A stretch of 64,000 nucleotides of DNA from an uncultured Ignavibacteria bacterium (GCA_964511075.1 CAZEDM010000010.1:25507-89506), one strand, 5' to 3'; positions 18,835-29,821 are shown, numbered from the stretch's first letter. A program made the numbers and translations. The notes: a model not told the origin generated them from the letters alone.

Positions 18835-20142
18835 ATGATGAGAAAGAAAATTGCCTTCACCATTTGTATAATCCTTTTCCTCTGGATGAGCTTTGCAGCT
18901 CAGGCACAGTATGTTCAAAAGAAAATTCTCACCATTGAGGACTGCGTTAACATTGCCCAGAAAAACAGCTTCCAGGCTCGTTCTGCCCAGGAGACTTACA
19001 ATTCTGCCAAATGGGAGCTTTTAGGTGGCTGGTCAGGGCTATTGCCCAGTGTCGATCTCAGTTCAGGCTGGCGCAGGTCAAGTGAGGACATTTTAAATTT
19101 CAGGCTGGGGCAGTTGGTAAGCTCTCGAGATCGATATAGTTTCAATTTAGGACTAACCCAGACCGTTTTCAACGGAGGGGCAAACTGGGCTAATTACAAT
19201 TATAAAAAGGCAGGCAAGAGGTCTGCCTGGGACAATTTGAAATTATCCGAGAAATCGGTGGAGCTGAGCGTGAAAGAGGGATGTTATAATTTACTAAAAG
19301 CCCAGATGCTATATGAGGTTCAAAAGGATGCGGTGAAGAAAAGCACAGAGCAGCTTAATATGGCAAAGGCCAGATATGACTTAGGCTCAGCCTCTCTGTC
19401 CGATTATCTTAAGGCTAAGGTTCAACTGGGAAATGATAGTCTGAATTTAATCACCTACGCCAATAACGTTAAATTAGCAGAGGCTTCCCTCAATAGTCTG
19501 TTAGGTCTGGATATAGACACACCCCTGGAGATCGATGCCAGGCTGGAATATAAAAAATTAGAAACGGATTTAGAGTCCGAGCTAAAAAGAGCTTTAGAGA
19601 AACACCCGCAGATAGATAAATCCAGGATGGGAGTGAATCAGGCACATTCCAACCTCACCATCGCCAGAAGTGCCAACTTTCCCAGTATACATTTTTATGG
19701 AGATTATTCCTGGAGCGATATCGAGTTTCCCAGATCAAGTAGCGATTGGAAAAATTATGATTCCTGGGATATAGGGATAAGCATAAGTATAAATTTATTT
19801 GAAGGTTTTGCCACTACCTCCAGTGTGAGAAGCGCCAAGGCTAACCTTAAGTTAGCCCAGGAGAATTTGGAGCAGAGCAAAAGGGATTTAGAGCTGGAGA
19901 TAAGACAGACGTATCTTTCGGTAAAAGAGGCAGAACAGAAGATTCAATTGACGGAGGAGGCATTGAAGTCAGCAGAGGAAGATCTGAAGCTGACCCAGGA
20001 GAAATATAACCTGGGGGCGGCATCGATTTTGGAACTTCTGGATGCCAATGTCTCCTATAAAACTGCCAAAAACAACCAGGTGGAAGCCCTGTATGACTAC
20101 AACTTAGCTGTGGCGGAGTTCGAAAAAGCCATTCACAGATGA
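18835..20142 (+). CDS. TolC-family outer membrane efflux protein
   Basis: The signal peptide starts at MMRKKIAFTICIILFLWMSFAAQAQ, and the track ORF starts 48 nt earlier. Two repeated coiled-coil/beta halves typical of TolC/OprM are present. RBS aaaggagtg. Confidence 0.8.
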   Translation: MMRKKIAFTICIILFLWMSFAAQAQYVQKKILTIEDCVNIAQKNSFQARSAQETYNSAKWELLGGWSGLLPSVDLSSGWRRSSEDILNFRLGQLVSSRDRYSFNLGLTQTVFNGGANWANYNYKKAGKRSAWDNLKLSEKSVELSVKEGCYNLLKAQMLYEVQKDAVKKSTEQLNMAKARYDLGSASLSDYLKAKVQLGNDSLNLITYANNVKLAEASLNSLLGLDIDTPLEIDARLEYKKLETDLESELKRALEKHPQIDKSRMGVNQAHSNLTIARSANFPSIHFYGDYSWSDIEFPRSSSDWKNYDSWDIGISISINLFEGFATTSSVRSAKANLKLAQENLEQSKRDLELEIRQTYLSVKEAEQKIQLTEEALKSAEEDLKLTQEKYNLGAASILELLDANVSYKTAKNNQVEALYDYNLAVAEFEKAIHR

Positions 20143-20176
20143 GTAACTTTAGAAACTTATTTAAGGAGATATTACT

Positions 20177-21409
20177 ATGAAGAAAAGAAATAAAATCATT
20201 ATAGTGATTGGCGTAATAGCTCTGATATTCATTTTCGTGCTGGTCAATCTGTTCAGGTCTGGTGAGAAAACTTATAAGGTGGAGGTGGATAAGGTCAAAA
20301 AGGGGGATATAACCTCCATAGTGACCGGAAGCGGTAAAGTCCAGGCCATAACGGATGTTAAGATCAGCGCCACGGTTCCAGGAGTGATAATAAGCCTGCC
20401 AGTGAAAGACGGAGATATGGTTAAAAAAGGACAGCTTTTGGTTCAGATAGACCCATCAGAATACAAATCAACCGTAGCTCAGGCAGAAGCCCAGGTAAAC
20501 TCAGCCAGGGCAAGTCTAGAACAGGCTAAACTGGTTTATGAACGCCAGAAGAAGCTTTACGAGAAGAATCTGACGTCTCAGGAGCAATTTGATCAGACCC
20601 AGACCCAATATAATGTTGCCAAAGCACAATACGAGCAGAGCCAGGCGAATCTGAACCAGGCCAAAGACCTTTTGGCCAAAACTACTATCACCTCTCCTAT
20701 GAATGGAAAGATAACCGAGCTTATGAAAAAAGAAGGCGAGATGGTAACTGGAGCCACTTACAACCCGACTGAGATTATGACTATATCGGACCTTACTGCG
20801 TTTGAGGTTGAGGTGGAGATAGATGAGACCGATATCGCAAAGGTGAAATTAGACCAAGGGGCTAAGATAAAAATCGATGCTTTCCCGGATACCTCCTTTG
20901 AAGGAGAGGTCTCGGAGATCGGCAACACAGCCAAGATCACCGGCTACGGCACTCAGGATCAGGTGGTAAATTTCCTGGTTAAGGTTTTGCTCAAAGACGA
21001 GGTTAAGGGAATAAAGCCATGGATGTCAGCCTCAGTCGATATAACCACAGCCTCACAGAAAGAGGTACTGAATATCCCGATTGCCGCAGTGGTGATGCGA
21101 GAGGAGAAGAAAGACACGCTGAATACCAATACCAAAAAAGGTGAAGCCGAGGCCTCGACCTCCACTGAAGAGGAGCCCAAAGATAAAAAGAAGAAAAAAG
21201 AGGTGGAGGGGATTTTCCTGGTGGAGAAAGACAGGGCGAAGTTTGTTCCAGTAAAGACCGGTATTGCTGACCAGCAGAACATAGAGATAGTCTCAGGCCT
21301 GAAGGAAAACGACCAGATAATCACCGGCAGCTATAAGATCTTGAGAACCCTGAAGGACGGGGATAAGGTCAAGATCGAGAAGAAACTGGTGAAAAAAGAG
21401 GGGAGTTAA
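20177..21409 (+). CDS. efflux periplasmic adaptor subunit (MacA/HlyD family)
   Basis: TM anchor, biotin-lipoyl hairpin and coiled coil, with a C-terminal Lys/Glu-rich low-complexity insert. Confidence 0.8.
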   Translation: MKKRNKIIIVIGVIALIFIFVLVNLFRSGEKTYKVEVDKVKKGDITSIVTGSGKVQAITDVKISATVPGVIISLPVKDGDMVKKGQLLVQIDPSEYKSTVAQAEAQVNSARASLEQAKLVYERQKKLYEKNLTSQEQFDQTQTQYNVAKAQYEQSQANLNQAKDLLAKTTITSPMNGKITELMKKEGEMVTGATYNPTEIMTISDLTAFEVEVEIDETDIAKVKLDQGAKIKIDAFPDTSFEGEVSEIGNTAKITGYGTQDQVVNFLVKVLLKDEVKGIKPWMSASVDITTASQKEVLNIPIAAVVMREEKKDTLNTNTKKGEAEASTSTEEEPKDKKKKKEVEGIFLVEKDRAKFVPVKTGIADQQNIEIVSGLKENDQIITGSYKILRTLKDGDKVKIEKKLVKKEGS

Positions 21410-21410
21410 A

Positions 21411-22091
21411 TTGCTGATTAAAACCGAGAATCTCTGGAAGGTGTATGAGATCGGGGCTGAAAAAGTACAGGCCCTGAGAGGCGTAGATATGGGTGTGGAG
21501 AAGGGGGAGTATCTTGCCATAATGGGTCCTTCCGGCTCTGGGAAATCAACCCTGATGAACCTGATCGGGTGTCTGGATACGCCCACAGAAGGGAAATACT
21601 ATCTCAATAATAGATTAGTGAGCGAGATGAATGACGACGAGCTGGCCTTTATCAGAAATAAGGAGATCGGGTTTGTGTTCCAGACTTTCAACCTTCTGCC
21701 CCGTGCTACTTCCCTGCATAATGTGGAGCTTCCTTTGATCTATAACGGGACCGAATCGAAAGAAAGGATTGAAAGGGCAAGAAAAGCCTTACATATAGTG
21801 GATCTGGAGGACAGGATGACCCATAAGCCGAACGAGCTTTCCGGAGGGGAAAGACAGAGGGTAGCAATAGCCCGGGCCATTGTAAACAATCCCTCGCTCA
21901 TCCTGGCAGACGAGCCCACTGGCAACCTGGATACTGCCACCGGATTAGAGATAATGAAACTTTTTGACCGGCTTCATTCTGAGGGGAATACTATAATCAT
22001 AGTTACGCATGAGCTGGATATCGCCAGATATGCAGACCGGGTCGTGCATATCAGGGATGGGATGGTCGAGAAAGAGGAAAAATTTAGATAG
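21411..22091 (+). CDS. MacB/LolD-type ABC transporter ATP-binding protein
   Basis: TTG start. Walker [10 protein letters not shown], signature [14 protein letters not shown] and Walker [12 protein letters not shown]. Confidence 0.9.
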   Translation: MLIKTENLWKVYEIGAEKVQALRGVDMGVEKGEYLAIMGPSGSGKSTLMNLIGCLDTPTEGKYYLNNRLVSEMNDDELAFIRNKEIGFVFQTFNLLPRATSLHNVELPLIYNGTESKERIERARKALHIVDLEDRMTHKPNELSGGERQRVAIARAIVNNPSLILADEPTGNLDTATGLEIMKLFDRLHSEGNTIIIVTHELDIARYADRVVHIRDGMVEKEEKFR

Positions 22092-22143
22092 ATTAATTTT
22101 TTTTGCCGGGAGAGAAAAGTTGCAGTTTTTAGAGAGTGTAGGA

Positions 22144-23337
22144 ATGGCTTTAAAGTCACTTATCTCCAATAAGCTTCGCTCTATACTCACTCTCATTGGA
22201 GTCATAATCGGGGTCATGACCGTCATCGCGGTGGTCTCCATCATAGCCGGTATGAATAAATATGTGTCAGACAGGATATCGAGGTTAGGTTCCAGCACCT
22301 TCTTCGTGGATAAGTTCGGCATAACTATGAGTGAGGAGGATTATATAAACGCCCTTAAAAGGAAAGACCTTAGCATGGAGGATATGGAGGCAGTGAGGAA
22401 GAACTGTTCCCTATGCTGGAAAGTAGGAGCTAGGCAGGTTACTTTCAGGAAAGTCAAATATAGAAAAGAATATGTCAGCGATATCACAGTCGTAGGGGCT
22501 ACTGCTAATTTTACTGAGGTCATGGATTTCGATTTGAGCAGTGGAAGGTCACATACGGATTTCGAGGACGAACATAACCGCAGGGTGGCTCTGCTTGGAT
22601 GGGAGGTGGCAGACAACCTGTTTCCCAACCAGGACCCCATAGGCAAAGATGTCAAGATAGGTAATTATTACTTCAGGGTTGTGGGAGTGGCTGAGAAAAG
22701 AGGAACTTTTTTAGGACAGAGTCAGGATGATTTCGTTGTAATCCCCATTACTACTTTTAACAAGATCTTCGGCACCAAAAGGTATATGCTGATATTCGTC
22801 AAGGTGGAGGATTTCAGCTTGATGCAGCAGGCTCAGGACCAGGTTCGCCTGATACTCAGAGCCAGGAGACATGTCCCCTATGACAAACCAGATGATTTCG
22901 CCATTTCGACCTCTGACACTTTTATGGATTTATATCGAAATTTCACCTCAACCGCCTTTATAGTTATGATCGGGGTATCCTCTATCGCTCTGGTGGTCGG
23001 CGGCATAGTCATAATGAACATAATGCTGGTCTCGGTAACGGAGAGGACCAGGGAGATCGGCATACGTAAGGCGGTAGGGGCTAAGAAGAAGAACATCCTC
23101 TGGCAGTTTTTAGTAGAGTCAGTTACCCTGGCAATGGTAGGAGGGTTGATAGGGATTATCCTGGGCAGCATAATCGCCAAGTTAGTGTCAGCTACTACTC
23201 CGCTCCCAGCATCGATTGAACCCTGGTCAGTTATAAGCGGGCTTATTATTGCCTCCTCGGTAGGAATTTTCTTTGGGATCTTTCCTGCTATGAAAGCTGC
23301 CAAGTTAGACCCCATAGCATGTTTAAGGTATGAATAA
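22144..23337 (+). CDS. FtsX-like ABC permease (MacB family)
   Basis: Start chosen at MALKSLISNKLRSILTLIGVIIGV, because the track ORF starts earlier inside the ATPase gene. MacB periplasmic domain plus FtsX TM bundle. Confidence 0.75.
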   Translation: MALKSLISNKLRSILTLIGVIIGVMTVIAVVSIIAGMNKYVSDRISRLGSSTFFVDKFGITMSEEDYINALKRKDLSMEDMEAVRKNCSLCWKVGARQVTFRKVKYRKEYVSDITVVGATANFTEVMDFDLSSGRSHTDFEDEHNRRVALLGWEVADNLFPNQDPIGKDVKIGNYYFRVVGVAEKRGTFLGQSQDDFVVIPITTFNKIFGTKRYMLIFVKVEDFSLMQQAQDQVRLILRARRHVPYDKPDDFAISTSDTFMDLYRNFTSTAFIVMIGVSSIALVVGGIVIMNIMLVSVTERTREIGIRKAVGAKKKNILWQFLVESVTLAMVGGLIGIILGSIIAKLVSATTPLPASIEPWSVISGLIIASSVGIFFGIFPAMKAAKLDPIACLRYE

Positions 23338-23500
23338 GGAACAAAAGACAGAAGATGGAAAATAAAAGATTAGAGATTAAAGGGGGAATATTGCTTGTTT
23401 TCGGTCTCCTGACTAACAGCATTCTCTTCGTGGGTGAAAGGAGAGCAACGAAGAGCGGGATCAGAGATAAAAGATAAAAAAGAAAGAACATCTTGTAATT

Positions 23501-24751
23501 ATGAATCTGTTTGAGGTAAAAGAAGGTATTTTAATGGCCCTGGCCTCTCTTAAGGCTAATAAGATGCGCTCATTTTTGACTATCTTGGGAGTCCTCGTAG
23601 GTGTGACTGCGGTCATCGGGATGGTCTCCATTATCCAGGGTTTGAATAACAGCATGGCTCAGCAGATAGAGTCCCTGGGCTCGGATACAATCTATGTAAC
23701 CCGCTTTAAGATCGGAATTCGTATGGGAAGGATGCCGGAGGAGGAGAGGAATCGCAAGCCTATTACCTTTGAGGATGCTATGGCAGTAAGGGAATACTGC
23801 CCTTCGGTAAGCGAGGTTTCTCCCCAGAACTGGGGACCTGGCTCCAAAATCATAAAATACGGCAAGGAGGAGGTATCCTATTTCGATCTGATTGGAGTTA
23901 TGCCAGAATATGAGGTGGTGAATAATAACTACATAGCAGAAGGAAGGTTTTTCACTGATGCAGATGTAAACTATCGAGCTGATGTGCTGATATTGGGTCC
24001 GGATCTGGCTGAGAAACTTTTCCCTTTCCAGGACCCTGTGGGCAAAGAGGTGCTCTTAGGAGGAGCCAACTATTCTCCCAGGAGATTTACGGTTATCGGG
24101 GTGATGGAGAAAAGGCCTAACCTTCTGGGTGAGAGTATGAATAATTTCGTGCTTTTGCCTTACTGGACCTATATGCAGCTTTATCCGGAGGAGAAGGAAT
24201 TGCTCTTAGTTGCCAGGCCCAGATCACCGGCACTGATGTCCAAGGCGATTGACGAGATAACTGAGCTGATGAGGAGAAGGAGAGCCGTTCCTCCAGATAA
24301 GCCTAATGATTTCGCTGTCTCCACCCAGGATGACCTGATGAATGTTTATCATCAGATCACCGGTGCTATCTATTTGGTGATGGTGGTTATCTCCTCCATC
24401 GGGTTATTGGTCGGAGGAGTAGGGGTGATGAACATCATGCTGGTCTCGGTAACGGAAAGGACCAGGGAGATCGGGATAAGAAAGGCTATCGGGGCAAAGA
24501 AAAGAGATATTATCTGGCAGTTTTTGATCGAGGCCATGACTTTGAGCGGAAGCGGCGGGATATTGGGCATACTCATAGGACTTCTTTTAAGTCAGCTGAT
24601 TGGTGCAGTTACCCCACTACCAGCCAGCGTATCCTTGCCCTGGGTAATCATAGGCTTCTCCGTAGCAGTGGGGGTAGGATTGGTATTCGGCATCTATCCA
24701 GCTTATCGGGCGGCCAAGGTCGATCCAATTATCTCCTTAAGATACGAATAA
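23501..24751 (+). CDS. FtsX-like ABC permease (MacB family, second)
   Basis: Paralogous to the preceding ORF, with a conserved C-terminal ...DPI..LRYE. Confidence 0.85.
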   Translation: MNLFEVKEGILMALASLKANKMRSFLTILGVLVGVTAVIGMVSIIQGLNNSMAQQIESLGSDTIYVTRFKIGIRMGRMPEEERNRKPITFEDAMAVREYCPSVSEVSPQNWGPGSKIIKYGKEEVSYFDLIGVMPEYEVVNNNYIAEGRFFTDADVNYRADVLILGPDLAEKLFPFQDPVGKEVLLGGANYSPRRFTVIGVMEKRPNLLGESMNNFVLLPYWTYMQLYPEEKELLLVARPRSPALMSKAIDEITELMRRRRAVPPDKPNDFAVSTQDDLMNVYHQITGAIYLVMVVISSIGLLVGGVGVMNIMLVSVTERTREIGIRKAIGAKKRDIIWQFLIEAMTLSGSGGILGILIGLLLSQLIGAVTPLPASVSLPWVIIGFSVAVGVGLVFGIYPAYRAAKVDPIISLRYE

Positions 24752-24807
24752 AAAGATTTGACCAAACATAAGCACGGGGCTTAGAGTAATTATAATCGGA
24801 ATCGAGG

Positions 24808-26157
24808 ATGAATTTTATTATGGATATTTCTGAAGGATTTAATTATAATGGAAATATGAAAAGGATGATCATATTTATAGTTTTGGCTTTTCTGTTGTCT
24901 TTAAATTCTTATTCTTTCTCTCAAACCGACTTCGGATATCAGGAGGATTTGGAGAAGGAGGGGTTCTTCTTAGACTATGCCTATTTCAAGGGAAGCGGAA
25001 AAGATGACTGGAGGTTAGAAGTTTATTACAGGATCTTCAATCACAAGCTGACCTTTGTCAAGGACGAAGAGAGATTCAGAGCTAGCTACGAGATCGAGAT
25101 AGCGCTCTTCAGTAAAAATAAACAGTTCACCGCCAGCTCTCATGAGGAGGAATATATAGTTGAGACCTATCAGGAGACTCAATCCACTGAGAATTTTTTA
25201 ATCAATCAGCTCAATCTCTACCTCCCGGAAGGTGACTATAAGCTAAGAGTAAAGTTGATCGACCATAATTCCAATCAGGTATCACAACTGGAGAAACAGA
25301 TTTACCTTCCCTCTCGGGAAACACACAAGATAATCTTCAGTGGCCTGGAGCTGGCTCGCAGCGTCAAGGAAGATGTGGACTCCTCCAAATTCAGCAAAAG
25401 AGGTAAAGAGGTCATACCCAGCGTTTCGGCCTTTTTCGGCGACCCGCAGAATTTCCTCTGGGTTTATCTGGAGCTCTATAATCTGAAGCTCTCGGGGACC
25501 TTGGATTATCTCTTGCTCTATGAGCTGGAAGCGGTCAATAAATCTATAGTTTTTAAGGATACCTCTGAAACCACGCTTATGCCTTCGGCTGACGAGGTCT
25601 TCTATGAATTCAAGAAAATCCAGATAGAAAATATACCTGGGGGCTCGTATACGCTTCGGGTTAGACTGACAGATAAACGGGGCAGGGAGATAGCCAAGGT
25701 TCATAAAGATCTGAATATCGTGTGGTCCTTACTTTATCAGGTGAAGACCGAATACCTTAAGGCAGTGGATCTTTTGCGATATGTGGCTAATAGCAAGGAA
25801 CTGGAGGAGTTGAAAGAGGCAAAAGAAGGAGAGAGGGTGACTAAATGGCTAGAGTTCTGGAAATCCAAAGATCCCACCCCGGATACACCGGAGAATGAGT
25901 TAAGGGATGAGTATTATAAAAGGGTGAGATACGCTAATCAGCACTTCCGCATCTATGATAAGGAAGGGTACAAGACCGACATGGGGATGGTCTATATAAA
26001 GTTCGGTCCACCAGATGAGATTGACAGACACCCTTTTGAGCTTTCCAGCCGTGCCTATCAGATCTGGTATTATTACCGCCTCAATCGCAGGTTCTTATTC
26101 GTCGATGTAACTGGTTACGGAGAATATGAGCTACAGTATCCTTATGATGGAAGGTGA
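24808..26157 (+). CDS. GWxTD domain protein (secreted)
   Basis: C-terminal EGYKTDMGMVYIKFGPPDEIDRHPF matches the GWxTD motif block. Signal peptide present; a likelier start is the internal MKRMIIFIV. Confidence 0.6.
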   Translation: MNFIMDISEGFNYNGNMKRMIIFIVLAFLLSLNSYSFSQTDFGYQEDLEKEGFFLDYAYFKGSGKDDWRLEVYYRIFNHKLTFVKDEERFRASYEIEIALFSKNKQFTASSHEEEYIVETYQETQSTENFLINQLNLYLPEGDYKLRVKLIDHNSNQVSQLEKQIYLPSRETHKIIFSGLELARSVKEDVDSSKFSKRGKEVIPSVSAFFGDPQNFLWVYLELYNLKLSGTLDYLLLYELEAVNKSIVFKDTSETTLMPSADEVFYEFKKIQIENIPGGSYTLRVRLTDKRGREIAKVHKDLNIVWSLLYQVKTEYLKAVDLLRYVANSKELEELKEAKEGERVTKWLEFWKSKDPTPDTPENELRDEYYKRVRYANQHFRIYDKEGYKTDMGMVYIKFGPPDEIDRHPFELSSRAYQIWYYYRLNRRFLFVDVTGYGEYELQYPYDGR

Positions 26158-26220
26158 TAAAAATGGGCTTAAAAGCATTTATATCCTTTTATATTCAACC
26201 TTTTTAAGGAGGTATAAATA

Positions 26221-27633
26221 ATGGGAAATGGCTTAAAACAAATACTGGTATTAATCTCCCTATTATCGGTTTTTTTCCTCCTTTTATTCTGGTCTGTAGA
26301 TTCATTCGCTTTTCCCACCGATTCTCTCAAGTTAGATCTGGATTACTCGGTTTTTAAATATCTCCCAGATATAGACAAGAGCTATTTGGAGATATATTAT
26401 TCCCTGAAACAAAAGGAGCTGGATTACATCCAGCAGGTTGAGGGATTCGGAACAATAGTTTCCTTGGAGTTAAGCTTGAAGGATCAGGAAGGCAAGGAAG
26501 CCAAGGAGAAGGAATGGAAAGTAGGAAGCCTGGTTCAGGACGCAGAAAAGGCCAAGATCTCTGATGCTCAGATGATAGACATTCTGGGAGATACCATAAA
26601 GCCGGGAGTCTACTCTTTAGAGCTAAAAGTGATTGATCTCAATTCCAATAGGGTGGGGGTGAAAAAAACTGAAGTCACAGTTCCGGATTTCCGAGGTGAG
26701 TCCTTACAGATGAGCGATATGGAGCTGGCTTTAAACCTGTCAGAAGAGGATACCGCAGAAGTGAAATTCAACAAATCCGGAATCAGGGTTTTGCCTAATC
26801 CCGGAAGGGAGTATATTTCAAAGGAAGGGATGCTCTATCTGTATGCGGAGATCTATAATCTCCAATTCAGCCAGGAAGGAGAGAAAAAAGGGTATTCCCT
26901 GAATTTTTCCGTATTGGATTCAGCTGGTTCAAATCCCAAGGACTATGGTACCCAGATAAATGCCAAGCCGGGTAACACAGCCGTGGTTATGAACGCCCTG
27001 AATATCGGCTCCCTTGCCCCCGGTAAATATCAATTGAGGATTTTAGCCAGAGACCTTGATTCAGGGGAGGAGGTCGAAAGGATAAAGCCTTTTAAGGTGG
27101 GAACCAGAGCAGCAGGGGAGATAACTGAGGGACCTCTAACTGAGAAGGAAGCGAAAGATTTGAGAAATATGCTCTCCTACATTGGCACCAGGGATGAATT
27201 GAACATGTACGATCAACTTAATTTAGCTGGCAAGAAACAGTTTATGGTTGAGTTCTGGAAGAGAAATGACCCTGATCCTTTAACGCCGGAGAATGAATTT
27301 AAGATCGAGTATTACAGAAGGTGGGAGGAGGCTAAACGTAAATACTCCTCCAACAGAGTGGAAAAGGATGGCTGGAGAACCGATATGGGAAGGGTCTATA
27401 TTATCTACGGGGAACCAGATGACATTGAAAGACATCCTTATTCTATAACTTCCAAATCCTGGGAGAGATGGAACTACGATCATATCCAGGGAGGGGTCTA
27501 TTTTATCTTCATAGATGATGCAGGCTTCGGGGTTTATAAGCTGATTCACTCCACGGCTAAAGGAGAGATCAAGGACTCTCGGTGGCAGGAGAGGGTTGAT
27601 ACGGAGGGGGCAAGTGAGATCTCGGATTATTAA
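26221..27633 (+). CDS. GWxTD domain protein (secreted, paralogue)
   Basis: C-terminal DGWRTDMGRVYIIYGEPDDIERHPY is an exact GWxTD motif. Signal peptide present; RBS aaggaggt. Confidence 0.7.
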   Translation: MGNGLKQILVLISLLSVFFLLLFWSVDSFAFPTDSLKLDLDYSVFKYLPDIDKSYLEIYYSLKQKELDYIQQVEGFGTIVSLELSLKDQEGKEAKEKEWKVGSLVQDAEKAKISDAQMIDILGDTIKPGVYSLELKVIDLNSNRVGVKKTEVTVPDFRGESLQMSDMELALNLSEEDTAEVKFNKSGIRVLPNPGREYISKEGMLYLYAEIYNLQFSQEGEKKGYSLNFSVLDSAGSNPKDYGTQINAKPGNTAVVMNALNIGSLAPGKYQLRILARDLDSGEEVERIKPFKVGTRAAGEITEGPLTEKEAKDLRNMLSYIGTRDELNMYDQLNLAGKKQFMVEFWKRNDPDPLTPENEFKIEYYRRWEEAKRKYSSNRVEKDGWRTDMGRVYIIYGEPDDIERHPYSITSKSWERWNYDHIQGGVYFIFIDDAGFGVYKLIHSTAKGEIKDSRWQERVDTEGASEISDY

Positions 27634-27671
27634 GGGTAAAAAGGCTTCTGGATTTCATCGGTTCCCTTTAG

Positions 27672-28415
27672 ATGATAAAGACCTTCGATATAAGTAAGAT
27701 CTTTCTGGACAAAAAGAGAGGGAAGATAGTAGCGGTCGATGAGGTTACTATAGAATGCAAACCCGGGAAGATCTTTGGGCTTTTAGGCTTGAACGGCGCA
27801 GGCAAGACCACGCTGATGCGTCTTCTTTCCACAGTTTTAAAACCAACTTCCGGCACGGCTCAGGTAGCTGGCTTTGACATCCTTCAAGAGCCTCAAAAGG
27901 TGAAATCTAATATCGGGTTCCTATCCTCTGATACTGCCCTTTACCCCAGATTAACCGCAGAGGAGACCGTTACCTATTTTGCCAGATTGAACGGAATGGA
28001 GGAGAAGCTCATACAGGAGAGGAAGGAAAAACTCTTCAGGATCTTCGATATGGATTGGTACAGGGACAGACGGGTAGATAAACTTTCCTCCGGTATGAAG
28101 CAGAAAGTCTCTTTAGCCCGCACCGTGGTTCATGACCCGAAGGTGCTGATCTTAGATGAGCCCACCCTGGGACTGGATGTAATCACCTCCAGAAATATCA
28201 TACAATTCATACGTAAAGCCAAAGAGGAGAACAAATGCATCCTGTTTTCTACCCATATAATGCACGAGGCAGAGAAGCTCTGTGATGAAATCGCCATCAT
28301 CCATAGGGGAAGGATATTGACAGTTGGCACCCTGGAAGAGCTACGACACAAAGCCGGGCTGGAGGATTTAGACGAGGTCTTTGTTAAATTCATAGGGAGG
28401 GAAAATGAATCTTAA
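27672..28415 (+). CDS. ABC transporter ATP-binding protein (ABC-2/NatA-like)
   Basis: Walker A GLNGAGKTT, signature LSSGMKQKV and Walker B LILDEPTLGLD. Confidence 0.9.
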   Translation: MIKTFDISKIFLDKKRGKIVAVDEVTIECKPGKIFGLLGLNGAGKTTLMRLLSTVLKPTSGTAQVAGFDILQEPQKVKSNIGFLSSDTALYPRLTAEETVTYFARLNGMEEKLIQERKEKLFRIFDMDWYRDRRVDKLSSGMKQKVSLARTVVHDPKVLILDEPTLGLDVITSRNIIQFIRKAKEENKCILFSTHIMHEAEKLCDEIAIIHRGRILTVGTLEELRHKAGLEDLDEVFVKFIGRENES

Positions 28416-29598
28416 GAAAATAAGGATAATCTACCTAAAGGAGATGAAGGATACCTTAAGGGATAGACGAACTCTTATCTCTATGCTCTTGGTTCCTATT
28501 TTCCTCTTTCCTGTTTTGATTTTTGGGATGACTTCCTTAACTATGAAGATGGCCAAAAAAACTGCGGAAAGGGTTAGTCCCATAGCAGTTATAGGCGAAG
28601 AGGAAGCACCCGTACTCTTCTCCCTGCTCAAGGAAAACAGGTCTTTTACCATAGTCAGCCAAGAGGACTTCAGATTAGCCCTGAAGGAGAAAGAGATTGC
28701 CGCAGCAATAGAGTTCTCCAAGGGTTTTGAGGAAAAGATCAATGCTGGAGAATCTGCCCAGGCTCAGATCTACTATGATGCCGCTGAGATCAGATCAGAT
28801 ATGACCTCTGACAAGTTAGTAAATATCCTGGATGCTTACCAGGAGAGTGTCGTCACCCAGAGGTTAAAGATAAAGAATGTGGATAAGTCTTTGCTTCATC
28901 CGGTAGAAATTCAGAAAGAAAACCTTGCCCCCAAGGAGAAGATGGGAGGATACTTCCTCTCCATGTTTTTACCCTATCTGATTATGATTATGGCCTTGAC
29001 CGGAGCGATGTATCCAGCCATCGATTTAACTGCCGGTGAAAAAGAAAGGGGCACCATGGAGACTCTACTGGTGTCTCCAGCTACTCGGGCTGAGATCACC
29101 TCAGGTAAACTTTTAGCTGTTTTCACTGCCTCCCTTATCACCGCTATGGTATCAACAGCCAGTATGGTTATCAGTGCCGGTAGCGGTTTTGGCAGATTTG
29201 AGAAAATGGGTGAGAATGCGATTTTCTCCATCAATCCCCTTTCCATTTTAATCCTGCTTATACTTATGATCCCCTACTGCTGTCTGGCAAGCTCGGTTTT
29301 GCTCTCCTTAGCCCTTTTCGCAAAATCCTACAAGGAAGCCCAAAGCTACATTTCGCCTCTGCTGATAATCATCATTCTGCCGGCTATGGGTTCTTTTCTG
29401 CCAGGGCTGGAATTATCAGTGGGTATGGCTTTCATCCCGGTGATAAACATAAGCCTGACTTTAAAAGAGGTTCTCCTGGGAACATACAGTTGGGGGTATA
29501 TAGGGCTGATCTTCTTAAGCACCGTATTATATGCCGGGCTGGCGATTTTTATCACCCAACGGCTTTTCAAAAAAGAACAGGTTCTTTTCCGGACATAG
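28405..29598 (+). CDS. ABC-2 family transporter permease (NatB-like)
   Basis: N-terminal TM, a roughly 150-aa external loop, then five TM helices. It overlaps the ATPase by 11 nt. Confidence 0.75.
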   Translation: MNLKKIRIIYLKEMKDTLRDRRTLISMLLVPIFLFPVLIFGMTSLTMKMAKKTAERVSPIAVIGEEEAPVLFSLLKENRSFTIVSQEDFRLALKEKEIAAAIEFSKGFEEKINAGESAQAQIYYDAAEIRSDMTSDKLVNILDAYQESVVTQRLKIKNVDKSLLHPVEIQKENLAPKEKMGGYFLSMFLPYLIMIMALTGAMYPAIDLTAGEKERGTMETLLVSPATRAEITSGKLLAVFTASLITAMVSTASMVISAGSGFGRFEKMGENAIFSINPLSILILLILMIPYCCLASSVLLSLALFAKSYKEAQSYISPLLIIIILPAMGSFLPGLELSVGMAFIPVINISLTLKEVLLGTYSWGYIGLIFLSTVLYAGLAIFITQRLFKKEQVLFRT

Positions 29599-29618
29599 TT
29601 TTTTGCATTTCGTAGTGC

Positions 29619-29677
29619 GAGGCTTCAGCCTCGCTTGGGACAGGTGACCCTGAAAGGGTCGCACTACACTATCCTGA
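29619..29677. repeat. GC-rich nested hairpin element (GTAGTGCGA...TCGCACTAC)
   Basis: The 9-bp outer stem gtagtgcga/tcgcactac encloses the inner hairpin gcgaggc-ttca-gcctcgc. It lies between convergent genes. Confidence 0.5.
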
Positions 29678-29741
29678 GAAACTTAAAATTTCCCCTATGC
29701 GTCTTACGGAATTTTAGAAGCGGATAGTTTGCATTAAGCTG

Positions 29742-29771
29742 CAAATCCCACCTTGTGAGCAAGGTGGGATT
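29742..29771. terminator. perfect 12-bp hairpin aaatcccacctt/aaggtgggattt (possible terminator for the minus-strand lipoprotein gene)
   Basis: Perfect inverted repeat with a 6-nt loop, about 50 nt past the stop of the 29822..30613 gene. There is no clean U-tract. Confidence 0.35.
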
Positions 29772-29821
29772 TATTGAATTAGAGAGGCAGGCGATACAAA
29801 GATTAAATCCAAAAATTATGT

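Noticed and set aside
22009-22143. Long N-terminal extension of the first FtsX permease overlapping the MacB ATPase gene by 80 nt
   Set aside because: The MacB-family permease N-terminus (M.LKSL..NKLRS.LT.LGV.IGV) begins at 22144. The extension is most likely non-coding overlap.
23337-23500. Hairpin ctcttcgt-(16 nt)-acgaagag between the two FtsX permease genes
   Set aside because: The stem is short and the loop long. It is probably incidental within an intergenic spacer of an operon.
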